Assembly (NCBI RefSeq): GCF_011386835.1
Contig: NC_088791.1
Location: 88,660,001-88,724,000 of the forward strand
DNA: 64,000 nucleotides
Source: Chrysemys picta bellii
Lineage: Eukaryota
Direction of reading: 5' to 3'
Position numbers and translations under genes: made by a program. This document shows positions 39,141 through 52,188 of this stretch, one piece after another. How positions within the stretch are numbered: the first letter of the stretch is position 1; the number at the start of each line of letters is the position of its first letter. Under the pieces are notes generated by a model. It made no database searches. It was not told the DNA's origin and saw only the letters and a program-made list of their open reading frames with translations.

Positions 39141-39749
39141 AGTAGTTGGTGGAAAGTATTTGAAAGACGGATGCTTTAGGGGGATGGGGTTGGAAATAGG
39201 AAAATCAGGATCATTCAGGGAGCGAGCATTTAAAGGATCGGGGGTCATTGGTGACGAGTTTTTGTGATCAATCAAATCAGAGAAAGGGAAGGGCGCTCTT
39301 CTCTGAGCGCGCGGGGTTTTCAAAAATTTGGATGTATCCAATAAGATTTAGCCATATATGAACTATCAGCCAATAAGGAGGAGATAGCCAAACAGGACGG
39401 AGAAAGTTCGTAGTTTTCGGTTTCTTATTTTGTCAGTATTGGTCGAAATGGTTAGAACGAAACACTAGTCTAGAAATCTACAGGGAGCCAAGGACCCCGC
39501 CCCTAACCAGCTGACTCATAGGTACCTAGAACAGCGCCACCGTAAGGGGGTTTTATCGATAGCTGCCCGGCGCTACAACCGTCTTCTCTGTCTATAATCT
39601 TTTTTAATTAAAACTGCCCAGGAAGCCATCCCCAAGGGTACACCAGAAAGCGCGAGCATTAAATACACTCCCTGTACCCAACTTATGTAACAAAGCGAGT
39701 ACTCAGGATACTTTCCAACCACCTATGAAATTTCCGAGTGTCAGCGATT

Positions 39750-39791
39750 TTGCTCTTTTTCTGAAACTTGGGGGTGGCTCTTAAAAGAGCC
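39750..39791 (-). terminator. H1 stem-loop + HDE
   Basis: Reverse strand GGCTCTTTTAAGAGCC-ACCCC and GAAAAAGAGC. Confidence 0.93.
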
Positions 39792-39825
39792 GTTGGGTCA
39801 GAAATTTCCTTTTCAAATTTACACT

Positions 39826-40470
39826 TTATTTTTTGGGCGCTGCCCTCTTCGCCTTCGCTGTTTTGGCCTTTGTTGGCTTGGGCTTGGCGGCTTTTGGTTT
39901 CACCGCCTTAGCCGGGCTCTTAGCTGCTTTCTTGGGCTTGGCGGCTTTCACTTTTTTCGGGCTCTTGGCCGCTTTCTTGACTGCGGAAGCTGCTGGTTTC
40001 TTGACTTTTTTTGGGCTCTTTTTCGCCACCGCAGCCTTTTTGGGTTTCTTGGCGGCACTGGCGGGCTTCTTGGCAGCTGGTTTCTTAGGCTTTGCTGCTG
40101 GCTTTTTCTTCGGTGCTTTCTCCTTAATCTCACCAGGCTTCTTGTTGAGTTTGAAAGAACCAGAAGCACCGGTACCTTTTGTCTGCACCAAAATGCCTTT
40201 GCTCACCAGGCTCTTTAATCCTACCTTGATGCGGCTGTTGTTTTTCTCCACATCGTACCCTCCGGCGGCCAGAACCTTCTTCAGAGCGGCTAAGGAGAGC
40301 CCTTTGCGCTCTTTGGAAGCGGACACAGCCTTGGTGATCAGCTCGGTCACGCTGGGACCTGGAGGCTTGCGGGCTTTAGCACTAGCTGCTGTCTTCTTCG
40401 GCTTTTTAGCGGAGGTTTTTGCCCCAGGAGCGGAGACAGCAGGAGCTGCAACAGGCGCAGTTTCCGACAT
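39826..40470 (-). CDS. H1: Histone H1, replication-dependent, 214 aa
   Basis: [10 protein letters not shown]..globular domain [22 protein letters not shown]..Lys/Ala/Pro tail with SPKK motifs. The true ATG is at 40470 (the ORF track used an upstream alternative start). Confidence 0.98.
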   Translation of the reverse strand: MSETAPVAAPAVSAPGAKTSAKKPKKTAASAKARKPPGPSVTELITKAVSASKERKGLSLAALKKVLAAGGYDVEKNNSRIKVGLKSLVSKGILVQTKGTGASGSFKLNKKPGEIKEKAPKKKPAAKPKKPAAKKPASAAKKPKKAAVAKKSPKKVKKPAASAVKKAAKSPKKVKAAKPKKAAKSPAKAVKPKAAKPKPTKAKTAKAKRAAPKK

Positions 40471-40533
40471 GCTGACAAACGTTTTCAGCAAATCAAAAGT
40501 AATCGGGCTGGAGAGAGTAGGTCAGATGCCTGA

Positions 40534-40627
40534 ATTTATAGAGAAGAGCTGATCTGTGATTGGTACGTTAAAGAGCCCGCCCAGCTGCAAGCCAAAAAGA
40601 GCTCTTTTCTCCTCTCTGTTTGTGTTT
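40534..40627 (-). promoter_or_regulatory. H1 promoter: H1/AC box, GC box, CCAAT, TATA
   Basis: Minus-strand order AAACACA (40627-40621), GGGCGGG, CCAAT, TATAAAT (40540-40534). Confidence 0.92.
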
Positions 40628-42276
40628 CTTCGGAGTTAAAAAAGTGTATTTTTTGCAACATATCTATCATCAAATTACCTTATTTCTTAGCTGGGTGAAG
40701 GTGAAAGAGGGTATTTTCATTCAGTAGAGTTTCTTGTCCGAGAGAATAAAGATGAGGTAAAGAAGAACCAATAAACCCTGATACTTAGAGCTGGAGAGAC
40801 CTCTGAAGAGGGAAACTTTTGTTTTTCGCTGTAAATTAAAACTTTACCGTTGGTAATAAAACCACAACTACAATGAAATGTTGTTCTTTAGAGGGTTTTC
40901 TCCAATTCAGGGTATAAAGCCAGTTGTTTGAATGTATGTTGTCAATATAAATTGATTTTGAAAAGAAGGAAGTAACACAATCTCATTCCTGAACTGGGAG
41001 TATGGATTAAGAACTGCCTCCCTTATCCAAATCCTTTATCTCCTAAAAATACTAAATTCTGCTGAAATAGACCCCCATGCAGTACCACAGGGATCTGATT
41101 AAAGACTTGTAGAATGATGTTAAATTTCCAGACATGTATATGGAAGTAATTGTCTCACTGTATCTGGCTAGGTGTTCAAATGGAGCAGAAAGGTCATTTT
41201 GATGCTCTCTGAAGTAATTGTTCCTAATAAAATAAAATAACTTCTTTTCGTTAAACACTTTAGCAAAATTGACAACTAATGAAATTTATGCATTGTTTTA
41301 GTCTGAAAGAAAAGATAGATGTATGCTTTTATATCAGCATTCATTAAGATTTATAGCAAGACAGAAACAATTTTATAGCAATACTAATAATTAATAAGAA
41401 AAAAGTCCATTTTTCTATGTAAATTTACTACAGTACTATGCAAAACTAGCTTTTATAAATTGAATAATTCATTTTTCAAGTTATCTACTTTTATCTGTAT
41501 TATATTTTGTCTTCATGTTATATGCCACCCTTTTCAGGAGAAAAAAAATGCTTGAGAGAACTTTAATCTTTTCTGTGGCAGTAATTAAAAGTGATTTAGT
41601 TTTGTGTTTGTTTGGTCATTCATTTTTCTCAAGATGTAACAGAACCTCTACTCTTGGCAGAGTAAATTAAAAATTAAAAAAAACAATGGCTGAATTATCA
41701 CTATCCTATGATACAGGCACAACAAAATGTGAGGAATTGCAACCTCTCTTACTTTCCGGTAACAGTAGCCAGAAGTTGCTTTTGATTATCTTGATTTTAA
41801 TCAGTGAGAACTAGGCCACAATCAGCTCCTAAAGTACTGGGCAACAACCATCTTGAAAATGTGGTAATACGATAAACAAACTTAAAGATACAGAATAATA
41901 TTTGACCAGGTTGTAACTGGTGACAAGCAAATGTCTACTATGCAGAATGTCCATTGATTGTTTTAGAAAAGTAAGGTTCACCTCACCACATTCACATTAT
42001 ATTATGGATAGGGCTCTAAAACAGTTAGAAATAATAGATGTACCCTAAAGAAATGCCAATTTAAAGTGAGAAAAGTAATTTCTCTCTTTTAATCACTTCC
42101 TAAAACAACACCTTTGTTATTTTAAAAAAATGTATAAGCAAGAAAATCATTTTACTATAAAGAGGATATTGATAGAAAGAGTAAATGGAAGCTGTAAAGA
42201 TAAATAGTGAAACCTTCACCTTCTTTGTTTCATATGTAATCCTGATTTTATTTTGCTCTATTTGAATGTAAAAATT

Positions 42277-43924
42277 TAGGGCTGTCAAGTGATTAAAAAA
42301 AGTAATCGTGATTAATCACACAATTAAAAAAAATTAATAGCGATTAATTGCCCTGTTAAACAATAATAGGATACCATTTATTTAAATATTTGTGGATGTT
42401 TTCTACATTTTCAAATATATTGATTTCAATACAACACAGAATACAAAGTGTTAAGTGCTCACTTTATATTTATTTTATTTAGAAATATTTGCATTGTAAA
42501 AAACAAAAGAAATAGTATTTTTCAGTTCACCTAATACAAGTACTATAGTACAATCTCTTTATCATGAAAGTTTAACTTACAAATGTAGAATTATGTACAA
42601 AAAATAACTGCACTCAAAAATAAAACAATGTAAAACTTTACAGACTACAAGTCCACTCAGTCCTACTTAAGCCAATCGCTCAGACAAACAAGTTTGTTTG
42701 CATTTGCAGGAGATATTGCTGCCGGCTTCTTGTTTACAATATCACCTGAAAGTGAGAACAGGTGTTCTCATGGCACTGTTGTAGCCAGCGTCTCAAGATA
42801 TTTACGTGCCAGATGTGCTAAAGAGTCACATGTCCCTTCATGCTTCAATCACCATTTCAGAGAATATGTGTCCATGCTGATGATGGGTTCTGCTCGATAA
42901 CGATGACGCATGTTCATTTTCATCATCTGAGTCAGATGCCACCAGCAGAAGGTTGATTTTTTTTGGTGGTTTGGGTTCTGTAGTTTCTACATCTGAGTGT
43001 TGCTCTTTTAAAACTTCTGAAAGCATGCTCCACACTTTGTCCCTCTCAGATTTTGGACCGCACTTCAGATTCTTAAACCTTGGGTCTAGTGCTGTAGCTA
43101 TTTTTAGAAATCTCACATTGGTAACTTCTTTGCATTTTGTCAAAACTGCTATGGAAGTGTTCTTAAAACGAACATGTGCTGGGTCATCATCTGAGACTGC
43201 TATAATATGAAATATATGGCAGAATGTGGGTAAAACAGATCAGGAGACATACAATTCTCCCCCAAAGAGTTCAGTCACAAATTTAATTCATGCATTATTT
43301 TTTTTAACGAGCATCATCAGCATGGAAGCGTGTCCTCTGGAATGGTGGCCGAAGCATGAATGGGCATACAAATGTTTAGTATATCTGTCACGTAAATACC
43401 TTGCAATGCCGGCTACAAAAGTGCCATGAGAATGCCTGTTCTCAATTTCAGGTGACATTGTAAATAAGAAGCAGGTAGCAGTATCTCCCATAAATGAAAA
43501 CAAACTTGTTTGTCTTAGCGATTGGCTGAATAAGAAGTAGGACTGAGTGGACTTGTAGGCTTTAAAGTTTTACATTGTTTTGTTTTTGAGTGCAGTTGTG
43601 TAACAAAAACAAATCTACATTTGTAAGTTAAACTTTCACGAAAAAGAGATTGCACTACAGTACTTGTATGAGATGAATTGAAAAATACTATTTCTTTTGT
43701 TTATCATTTTTACATTGCAAATATTTGTAATAAAAATAATAATATAAAGTGAGCACTGTACACTTTGTATTCTGTATTGTAATAGAAATCGAAATATTTG
43801 AAAATGTAGAAAAACATTCAAAAATATTTAATACATTTAAATTTGTATTCTACTGTTTAACAGTATTGCAATTAATTGTTTTGAGTTAATCGTGTGAGTT
43901 AACTGTGATTAATTGACAGCCCTA
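42277..43924. mobile_element. Fold-back non-autonomous hAT derivative with two transposase 3' ends
   Basis: TIR TAGGGCTGTCAA / TTGACAGCCCTA. ATALDPRFKNL on the minus strand. hATC dimerisation motif (CPLEWW..YLA.PAT.VP) in both orientations. Confidence 0.88.
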
Positions 43925-45159
43925 AAAAAAATTGATCAGTGACTGGGATAAATGTAAGCTCTGTAATGCATGATCAAGGCAAATATCACCCAGAAAAGAG
44001 CCTGTAAGGATGTGTTTTAGAAGATTGGTTGTAAAACTGAAGCAAAACATGTGAGATATGGATGAAGGAGATAAATGGGGAAGATGGATGTTGAAGGCAA
44101 ATATGTTAAAATTATTAATCAAGAAAAATATATATAATCCATTTCCCATGCCAGTTATTTGTGCTCCGAATTCTGGGGACAAAGGTCTCCAATAATTTGA
44201 TTTAGGTCTGTCTGAAGTAAGCTGAAGAAATCTGGAACAGATGATTTGAATGGAACTAGCTCTTAAGGCCCCCTGAGGTATAGCAATGGAGCTTTGTTAG
44301 TAGTGCAAGCCTCCAGAGGGAACAGCTAGCAAAACCGACCAATTCTTGCCCTGCATGGGTCTGTCAAATTTGCTTACATTACACCTTTAAGTTTGTTTCC
44401 AGCAGACTATTGGAAAAGATTACAAAAAAAAAACAAAACAACAACAACAATAACAACAAAACCTAATGATGAATAAACAAAAATAAACAAACAAAACAAA
44501 AATAAACAAGGGGGAAAAGTGATTTTTCATTCACTTTCTTCCCTAATTTGTGTATTGCCACTGAAAAGCATGGCGGGAGAAGGGCCACCCCTTCATCCGA
44601 GCTTCAATTTTGTCACTCTTGCACCCCAGACAGCAACAAGTGGTTTCTTTGATGCTTGGGTATAGACACAGGCTATTGTTTACTCCCATTGACATTAATT
44701 TCCTTTTATTTGCTTGGGAGTTGGAACATATGTGGAAAGATTAACAGCTCTCATATTCTGAACTGACTGGACTACACTATGGCTATTTTTTGTTTGTGTT
44801 TTTTTTTCTTTTTCAATATCAGGTGTTTGTGATGTAGGAAGATATGATGGAAATATTGTAGGAGTAGAGGATATAGGTTCTGTTAGGACAAGGGTTGATT
44901 ACTCTATGTGTATAGGATCTCCATAAAGGAGTCAGAATGTGATAGGAGAACGGAAGGTTGGTATCGGATATTTTGACGCCTGACCAGCAAGGGTTAAACA
45001 TCCTGCAGGATGAATGACTCAAATTCAACCCTTAAAGACATATGGGGAGACTATATTTATGTTTTTTATGTATTCACATATATATGGTGACAGCTTTCAG
45101 AGTGGTAGCCGTGTTAATCTGTTTCAGCAAAAACAATGAGGAGTCCTTGTGGCACCTTA

Positions 45160-46319
45160 GGGTATGTCTACATTATGAAATTAGGTTGATTTTATAGAAG
45201 TCAATTTTTAGAAATAGATTTTATACAGTTGATTGCATATGTCCATACTAAGGGCACTAAGTCAGTGGAGTGCCTTCTCACTACCGTGGCTAGCATCGAC
45301 CTACGGAGCGTTGCGCTGTGGGTAGCTATCCCACAGTTCCCGCAGTCTCCGCTGCCCATTGGAATTCTGGGTTAAGCTCCCAATGCCCGATGGGGCAAAA
45401 ACATTGTCCCGGGTGGTTTTGGGTACATATCGTCAGTCGCCCCTCCCTCCGTGAAAGCAACGGCAGACAATCGTTTCGCGCCAGACACCAGGGCGATTAG
45501 AAGAGTACCGCAAGGCGCGCTGCGCATCAGAGAGGCTTTGAAAACCAGTTTCATGACTGGCCAGGCTGCGATGTGACAGTTGTGTGTGTTTCTCCTTGAT
45601 GAAAACCCACCCCCTTTGTTGATTTTAATTCCCTGTAAGCCAACCACCCTCCCCCCTTCGAAATAAGGTAACTATTGTTTTGAAACCGTGCATTCTTTCT
45701 TTATTAATTAAAAAAAAGAGAGAGATAACGGACAAGGTAGCCCGGGTGGGGTGGGGGAGGAGGGAAGGGACAAGGCCACATTGCTTATTGTAGCCACACT
45801 AAAAATCAAACTGTTTGAATGACAGCCTTCTGTTGTTTGGGCCATCCTGTGCAGTGGAGTGGCTGGGTGCCCGGAACCTTCCCGCCCCTTCCTCCCCCCA
45901 AACCCCGCATTCTTGGTCATCTGGGTGAGGAGGCTATGGAACATGGGGAGGAAGGTAAGCGGTTATACAGTGGATGCAGTGGGGGTCTGTGCTCTTGTTG
46001 GCTTTCCTGCAGCTCCAACAGATGCTTCATCATGTGCTTTTCCTCCCCCATTAGCCTCACATCCTGCCTCCGCTCTTCGCGCTCACTTAATTCTTTCCTG
46101 GCCTCTGCCACTGAATGTCTCCATGCATTAAGCTGTGCCCTATCAGTGCGGAAGGACTGCATGAGCTCAGAAATCATGTCATTGCGAGTGCATTTTTTTT
46201 GCCTTCTAATCTGCAATAACCTCAGGGACGGAAACGGTGTTGGTTGTGATGGACGCATTCATTTTTAAATAGACCTAACTCGGCTAAATTTGACCTAACC
46301 CTGTAGTGTAGACTAGGCC
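45160..46319. mobile_element. Internally deleted Harbinger (copy 2, same family as copies 1 and 3)
   Basis: TTA|GGGTATGTCTACATTA ... TAGTGTAGACTAGGCC|TTA, with TTA TSD inside the PLE terminus. Retains the transposase tail and Myb exon 2. Confidence 0.92.
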
Positions 46320-46343
46320 TTAGAGACTAACAAATTTATTTGG

Positions 46344-46383
46344 GCATAAGCTTTGGTGGGCTAGAGCCCACTTCACCAGATGC
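46344..46383 (-). ncRNA. Degenerate hammerhead motif of the PLE terminus
   Basis: GCAU-CUGGUGA-A-GUGGGC/UCUA/GCCCAC-CAAA-GCUU-AUGC, with core changes A6>G and G12>C. Confidence 0.55.
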
Positions 46384-47392
46384 ATGAAGTGAAAAATACA
46401 GGAGCAGGTATAAATACATGAAAGGATGGGGGTTGCTTTACCAAGTGTGAGGTCAGTATAGCGAGATAAATCAATTAACAGCAGGATACCAAGGGAGGAA
46501 AAATAACCTTTGAAGTGGTAAGAGAGTGGCCCATTACAGACAGTTGACAAGAAGGTGTGAGTAACAGTAGGGAGAAATTAGTAATGGGGAAATTAAGTTT
46601 ATGTTTTGTAATGACCCAACCACTCCCAGTCTTTATTCAGGCCTAATCTGATGGTATCCAGGTTGCAAATTAATTCCAGTTCTGTGGTTTCACGTTGAAG
46701 TCTGTTGTTGAAGTTTTTTTGTTGAAGAATTGCCACTTTGAGGTCTGTTATTGAGTGACCAGAGAGATTGAAGGGTTCTCCTACTGGTTTTTGAATGTTA
46801 TGATTCCTGATGTCAGATTTGTGTCCGTTATTCTTTTGCGTAGAGACTGTCTGGTTTGGCCAATGTACATGGCAGAGGGGCATTGCTGGCACATGATGGC
46901 ATATATCACATTGGTAGATGTGCAGGTGAACGAACCCCAGATGGTGTGGCTGATGTGGTTAGGCCCTATGATGGTGTCCCTTGAATAGATATGTGGACAG
47001 AGTTGGCACTGGGGTTTGTAGCAGGGTTTGGTTCCTGGGTTGGTGTTTTTGTTGTGTGGTGTGTAGTTGCTGGTGAGTATTTGTTTCAGGTTGGGGTGCT
47101 GTCTGTAGGTGAGGACTGGCCTGTCTCCCAAGGTCTGTGAGAGTGAGGGATTGTCCTTCAGGAGAGGTTGTAGATCCTTGATGATGTGCTGTAGAGGTTT
47201 TAGTTGGGGGCTGTAGGTGACTGCTAGTGGCGTTCTGTTACTTTCTTTGTTGGGCCTGTCTTGTAGTAGGTGACTTCTCAGTACCCTTTTGGCTCTGTCA
47301 ATCTGTTTCTTTACTTCATCAGGTGGATATTGACAAATCCATACTGGCTATTCCTTATAAGACTATTCTCCTCCAGGTGCTTACAAACTGAT

Positions 47393-47555
47393 CGTTTGCT
47401 CCGATCCCTCAGACAGAGACAAACACCTGCAGAATCTCTATCAAGCGTTCTTAAAACTGCAATACCCATGCACAGAACGCCACTAGCCATCACCTACAGC
47501 TCCCAACTAAAACCTCTCCAGCGCATCATTAAGGATCTACAATATATCCTGAAGG
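47393..47555 (+). mobile_element. Inverted Penelope RT C-terminal fragment
   Basis: CSDPSDRDKHLQNLYQAFLKLQYP, then RTPLAITYSSQLKPLQRIIKDLQ. The second part duplicates 47160-47240 in opposite orientation. Confidence 0.8.
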
Positions 47556-50500
47556 AAATTTTGAGTTGCAAAATTGAGGTCCCAGTTCAGCTGGAAGCAC
47601 CCTGAATATAATATTGGACATTGGACTATAACCTATGGACTAAATTCTAAAAGAACTCTTTGCAATTACAAAGCTCACCATCTCTGCTATGTATCTGAAC
47701 CTCAAGAATTGAACTCATGTCTGTATGTATATTGATCTTTTAACCATACTCTCTCTTTTTTCTTTTTAAATAAATTTTGGTTTTGTTAATAATTGGCTGT
47801 AAGAGTGTATTTGGGTAAGATCTGGTCTGGAATATTCCTTAACCTGGGAGGCAATGTGTCCAATCTTGGGATTGGTAGAACCTTTTATTTTATATGATGA
47901 AATAAGATTTTCATTAGTCCTCATCATATCTGACTCGGGTAACTAGGTGGAGGCCTGAGGCTGGGTTATTTTAAGGGAACTGTGTTGTTGGCTTCTGGGC
48001 AACCAGTGAGGTAATAAAGAAGCTGTTTTGTGCTGGCTTGGTAAATCTAAGTATTGAAAATATCCACCAGCTTTGGGGATTGTCTGCCCCATTCTTTGCA
48101 GTTCACCCTAATTGAGTGACCTCAGATGGTCCCCCTGGGACTCCGGTTACAGTAGGTAACTGGAAAAAAAAATAGTTTCTCTAACTCTATTCTGTCATGT
48201 TTCCTCTCTCCCTCCCCTCTTCCCCCTCAAATCCTCTCCCCATTACATTCTGTTTCTGTTTAAAATAAGATCCTGCCACCTTCCAGCCTTCTGGAAAATG
48301 TTAAGATTTCAGTCAATGAAAAGGTTCAGCAGAACCTAGTGGATCTAAAATACTGCAGTGTTTGCCAGTGACCTGGTATTACCAGTCTGGTTCACTCAGC
48401 TTCCCTATAAAGATAAAATTCTGCAAGGCATCCAACTCTAGGCCGAGATTGACCAAAATATTGAGTATTTAAAAAGCATAACATGTTGACTTGTATTTCA
48501 ATGTTTGTCCTCGCCTTTTTTGCTCTGGGAAAAAATACCAAAAGAATATATGCAGAGATCCAATTGATCCTGGGAAGCACTATTTATGCTTTACTTAACA
48601 CATGTAAACTTCATGCTGCTCGTTGCTATGGGTATGAGAGCCCGCATGCATACTGTTAAACTACTTTGCCCTGCGGCATCTCCCTCTATGTTTAAATCCC
48701 CCATGTGATACAACTCTTTACCGAGCCAAATGACCCTGCCACCTGCCAGAGTCCCAAACACCACCCTCCCACACATTCCATATAACACAGTTTCCTTGGG
48801 CAGCATCCTGACACACAGGTCCACACCCTTTTGCCCAAATCCAGACACCTCCGTGCTCCCAAATGCTCCGCTCCATCTGATCTTTATCTCTGCACCCACC
48901 ACTACCCCTTATATATCACAACCTGTCCAGGGACACAACAGAGGTGGGAGGGCCAGGGGGCTCATCCACCCTCTTCCCCCCCAACACTTGTCGATCTCAG
49001 AGCAGAGACCCAGCAGCCACAGCCTATTGTTTCATCCATGCCTGGTACAGCAACGTGGTGTGGCTCTGCAGCAGTGGTGGACCTACTGCCTGTACAGGAG
49101 GTAACAGACGGGCGCCCCCACATCCCTTCCCTGCCAGAGTCGTGGAGCTGCAATCTGGGAGGGGAGGTCCCAGCACTTCCCTGAACCCCATGAGCTGGGC
49201 TAGCGGTCAACATGTGCCAGCGTTTCCTTCTTTGCCTGAAGCCCTGCAAACCTGCCTGTGGCTGTCTGTGCCCTCTGTGAGCCTTGCTCAGAGCCATATA
49301 TCTGGCGCACTCTGCACCCTTACCTTCTTCTCCATCCCATTACAGGCACCCTACTAGAGAGGGGTCTCTACCTGGGTCTTCCTTAGAAAAGTTCTGGTTG
49401 CTTCCTGGACTTTCCTTCCTGGGCATACACCTTGTTCAACTGGTGTCTCTGGTCACTAGTGTAGCCCTGGTACCCCTTTGTAGGGGAAAATCTTTGGTGC
49501 TTAACATCATAGGTGCACCATCTTGAAATGCCTAAACAATGACTGGGAATCCATCTTGGTTGCCCTTCTTCCCCCTCTTCAGGTGTAGTTTCCTGCCCTT
49601 TCTACCAAAAGGCAGGAAGATTCTTTTAAATAGTCAGCAGTGAACTGAATATCTATTCTATTTGGCAAGTTTACTTCCCAATTGTTATGTTTGCCCTACT
49701 TGCATATATGAATTTATCCAGTTACTGTGACTGACTAACTTTCGTATTTGGTTTCTTTCTTCTAACCTAAGCTTATACTTTATTAACTTTTGGGAATATC
49801 AGTTCTCACCAAATGGATGACTGTGAAGTGCTCCAGCAGGGGAGTTAAGGGAACCCCTCATCCCAAACTGATCTCATAAGGGTGAAATGATTGTGAAAAA
49901 AATTATTTAAACTTGTGTATTAGCCATATTAAGTGCCTTTGCTCCTGTATTTGTGTTGGGGAATTAATGAAACATTTGGCAACATGCCTAATTGGCTAGA
50001 TCAATGTGAACCATCTGTTTGATTATGCAAGGTCTACGTGTTTAGCTCTGAACAGATGTACACCAAAGAGATCACCAGGGGGCTGTGCAGCTCCATGTTG
50101 CTCATTAGGAACATGAAGGCCCCAATTCCAATTTTTAAAACTGATGCCAATGGACGGGAGACCCGTCTGTGTCACCATGTCTTTCCACTGGGGGTCCTCA
50201 TAGCCTGATACAGTATCCTGACATTCCAAGTGCTGGAAATGCAAGAGATGTCCCTTCTCCCTGAAAGATGTTGTAGAAAGGTGCACAGGAGCTAACGGAT
50301 GTAGTTGTACCCCCAGTGGGCCAATGGAGCAGAGGAGAGGACCAACATGGGATGCTAAGTTACATGGACCAGTGATTTCTACACTTCCTATGATCTTCTT
50401 ATTCCTCCCTCCCTCCCACCCTGATCCTGTATGTCCCTTCCCCACTTCTCCCGCCTTCCTCTTACCCCCATGTTCTCCGTCCACTCCCACTCCCTTTACT

Positions 50501-50625
50501 CCCTCCTCTACTTCCCCACCCTCTTTCCCCCTGTTGCCCTGACTCCCTCCTCTTGAGTCCCCCCACCCCGCCCCAACTTCTTCAGTCCCTTTCCTGCCCC
50601 TAACACCCAGTATAAGCTCAGACCC

Positions 50626-50628
<3 letters not shown>

Positions 50629-50678
<50 letters not shown>
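50629..50678. repeat. (AT)n microsatellite
   Basis: Direct inspection. Confidence 0.95.
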
Positions 50679-50680
<2 letters not shown>

Positions 50681-51341
50681 AGTATGAAATATACAGAAGA
50701 GTCACTAACTGAATTGGATTGTTTGTTATGTTGTTTGGTACAGAACTTTACAATCTGTGAAAGAAGTTAGAATTCTCTCCTGTCAGTAATATATTCAATT
50801 AACATGGGGAGGGAAACTGAACATTTGGATGTAAATCAAAGGGAGCGTGGCATGCAGCTCAGGGAAAATAATCCCCACAACATTCAATGTCTCACGCAGT
50901 TCATCAAGCTGTATTATCAGTACTCTGGTGTTCAGTTTGGCAAACTGAAAAGATTACAATTAGGGGTAAACACAAAGCATATCCTTGTCAGACCCGGTTA
51001 AAAAATATCATGTTTGTGGAGTGTGTGCTACCTTTCACCTCCTTATGATGTTGTTACTACTTTGTGATCTGGGAATTATAGGCTTCTTGTTAAAAACATA
51101 ATTTAAATAATGGGCATTGGTGAAGCTCCCAGCCTGGATGGTGGGTCTTCCTGGTTCATCTCCTCTGCAATTTACAGCTGGTTTAGTTTTGTCTATAGAA
51201 TTATAGTTTTGTTTATAGAATCATAGGAAGGGAACTTGAGAAGTCATCAAGTCCAGCCCCTGGCAATGAGGCGGGACCAAGTAAACCTAAACCATCCTTG
51301 ACAGGTGTTTGTCCAACCTACTTCTTAAAAACCTCCACTGA

Positions 51342-52185
51342 TGTTGTAGATAAATCTCTGATAATTGTCATATGACTTTACATTGTGCCTCTTCATATAA
51401 CCTTGTGGTGGGTCTACCCACGTGTGACCTCTGTTTTCATGGGACTTTGTATCAAAGCCTCATTTAGAAACTTTGCATTGCCCTTGGTATAATATTATAG
51501 TCCCTAAGGATAGAATAAGATAGAAGAAAAATTTCTTTTTGCTAGCAGTAGAACAAGAGCTCTCCCCCCCTCACTCTTAATCAATTGCCCTGTTGAATGA
51601 ATGAGGTGTGGATGAGCAAGGCATGGAAGGCAGCACCTCCAGACAGCCTCAACTGTTGGAGAGGGGCTGGGAGCCAGACCCAAGGACAATAAAACGTGTC
51701 AAGTGGGCTCATTAAAGACAACCAGACATACCGATGGCCTCGGGGTTAGAAGCAAGCACCTTCTTTTGGAAACACCCTCTTTGCAGCATTGGGACAACAC
51801 TCAAAAGAAAGCAGCACAAAGGACCAATGGACACAGACACAGAGTTTGAATCTGGTATAGATTTGCATAAGAGGAAAGCTGCTATAAAAGTGAGGTGTCT
51901 TGCAGAGGACCCCGGGTCTTGTCTTGTCAACATGGGAGCATCGATCCAGATCGGCAGAAGCCCGGCTCCACCCCCTCCCCCATCTAACTCACCTGGCCAG
52001 TGAAGTTAAGGGGAGCAACTAATTGGTAACAACAAGACGGAGTGTGTTTGTGTGTGTGTGTGAGTGTAAGTGTAATATATTATATGCATATGATACAGTG
52101 TTAATGAATACATGTATTACTAATAAATGTGGCGTTTTGTCTTATTCCCCCTGAAAAGATCCTGTGCAGTACTTTAAGTACAACA
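51342..52185. mobile_element. Solo LTR A
   Basis: Inverted termini TGTTGTA...TACAACA. No matching TSD. Confidence 0.65.
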
Positions 52186-52188
52186 ATG

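Larger units (their letters stand above)
45092..47330 (-). mobile_element. Penelope-like retroelement, 3' part with GIY-YIG endonuclease and pLTR
   Basis: CTSTNVIYAIMCQQCPSAMYIGQTRQSLRKRI and LKVAILQQKNF..RETTELELI..GLNKD..HYKT*. Terminus with hammerhead-like motif. Confidence 0.92.
44830..48150. mobile_element. Probable LTR split by Penelope insertion (pieces ~44830-45091 and ~47556-48150)
   Basis: TGTGATG start, AATAAA then GGTTACA end. Continuity of the two pieces is inferred. Confidence 0.45.

Noticed and set aside
39610-39660. Possible H3 relic (KLPRK..QKAR resembling KAPRK..ARKS)
   Set aside because: Similarity too short, with no ARTKQT start, histone fold or stem-loop.
39833-40552. 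239-aa hydrophobic ORF resembling a membrane protein
   Set aside because: Antisense shadow of Lys/Ala codons of H1.
41052-41258. Possible host exon on minus strand
   Set aside because: No recognisable product or good donor. The plus strand weakly resembles an old hAT C-terminus (FP..ERSF..LK), too degraded to call.
48580-50400. Degenerate retroelement-like segments (RDPSL motif, weak RTE-like RT similarity)
   Set aside because: No motif strong enough to assign a family by eye.
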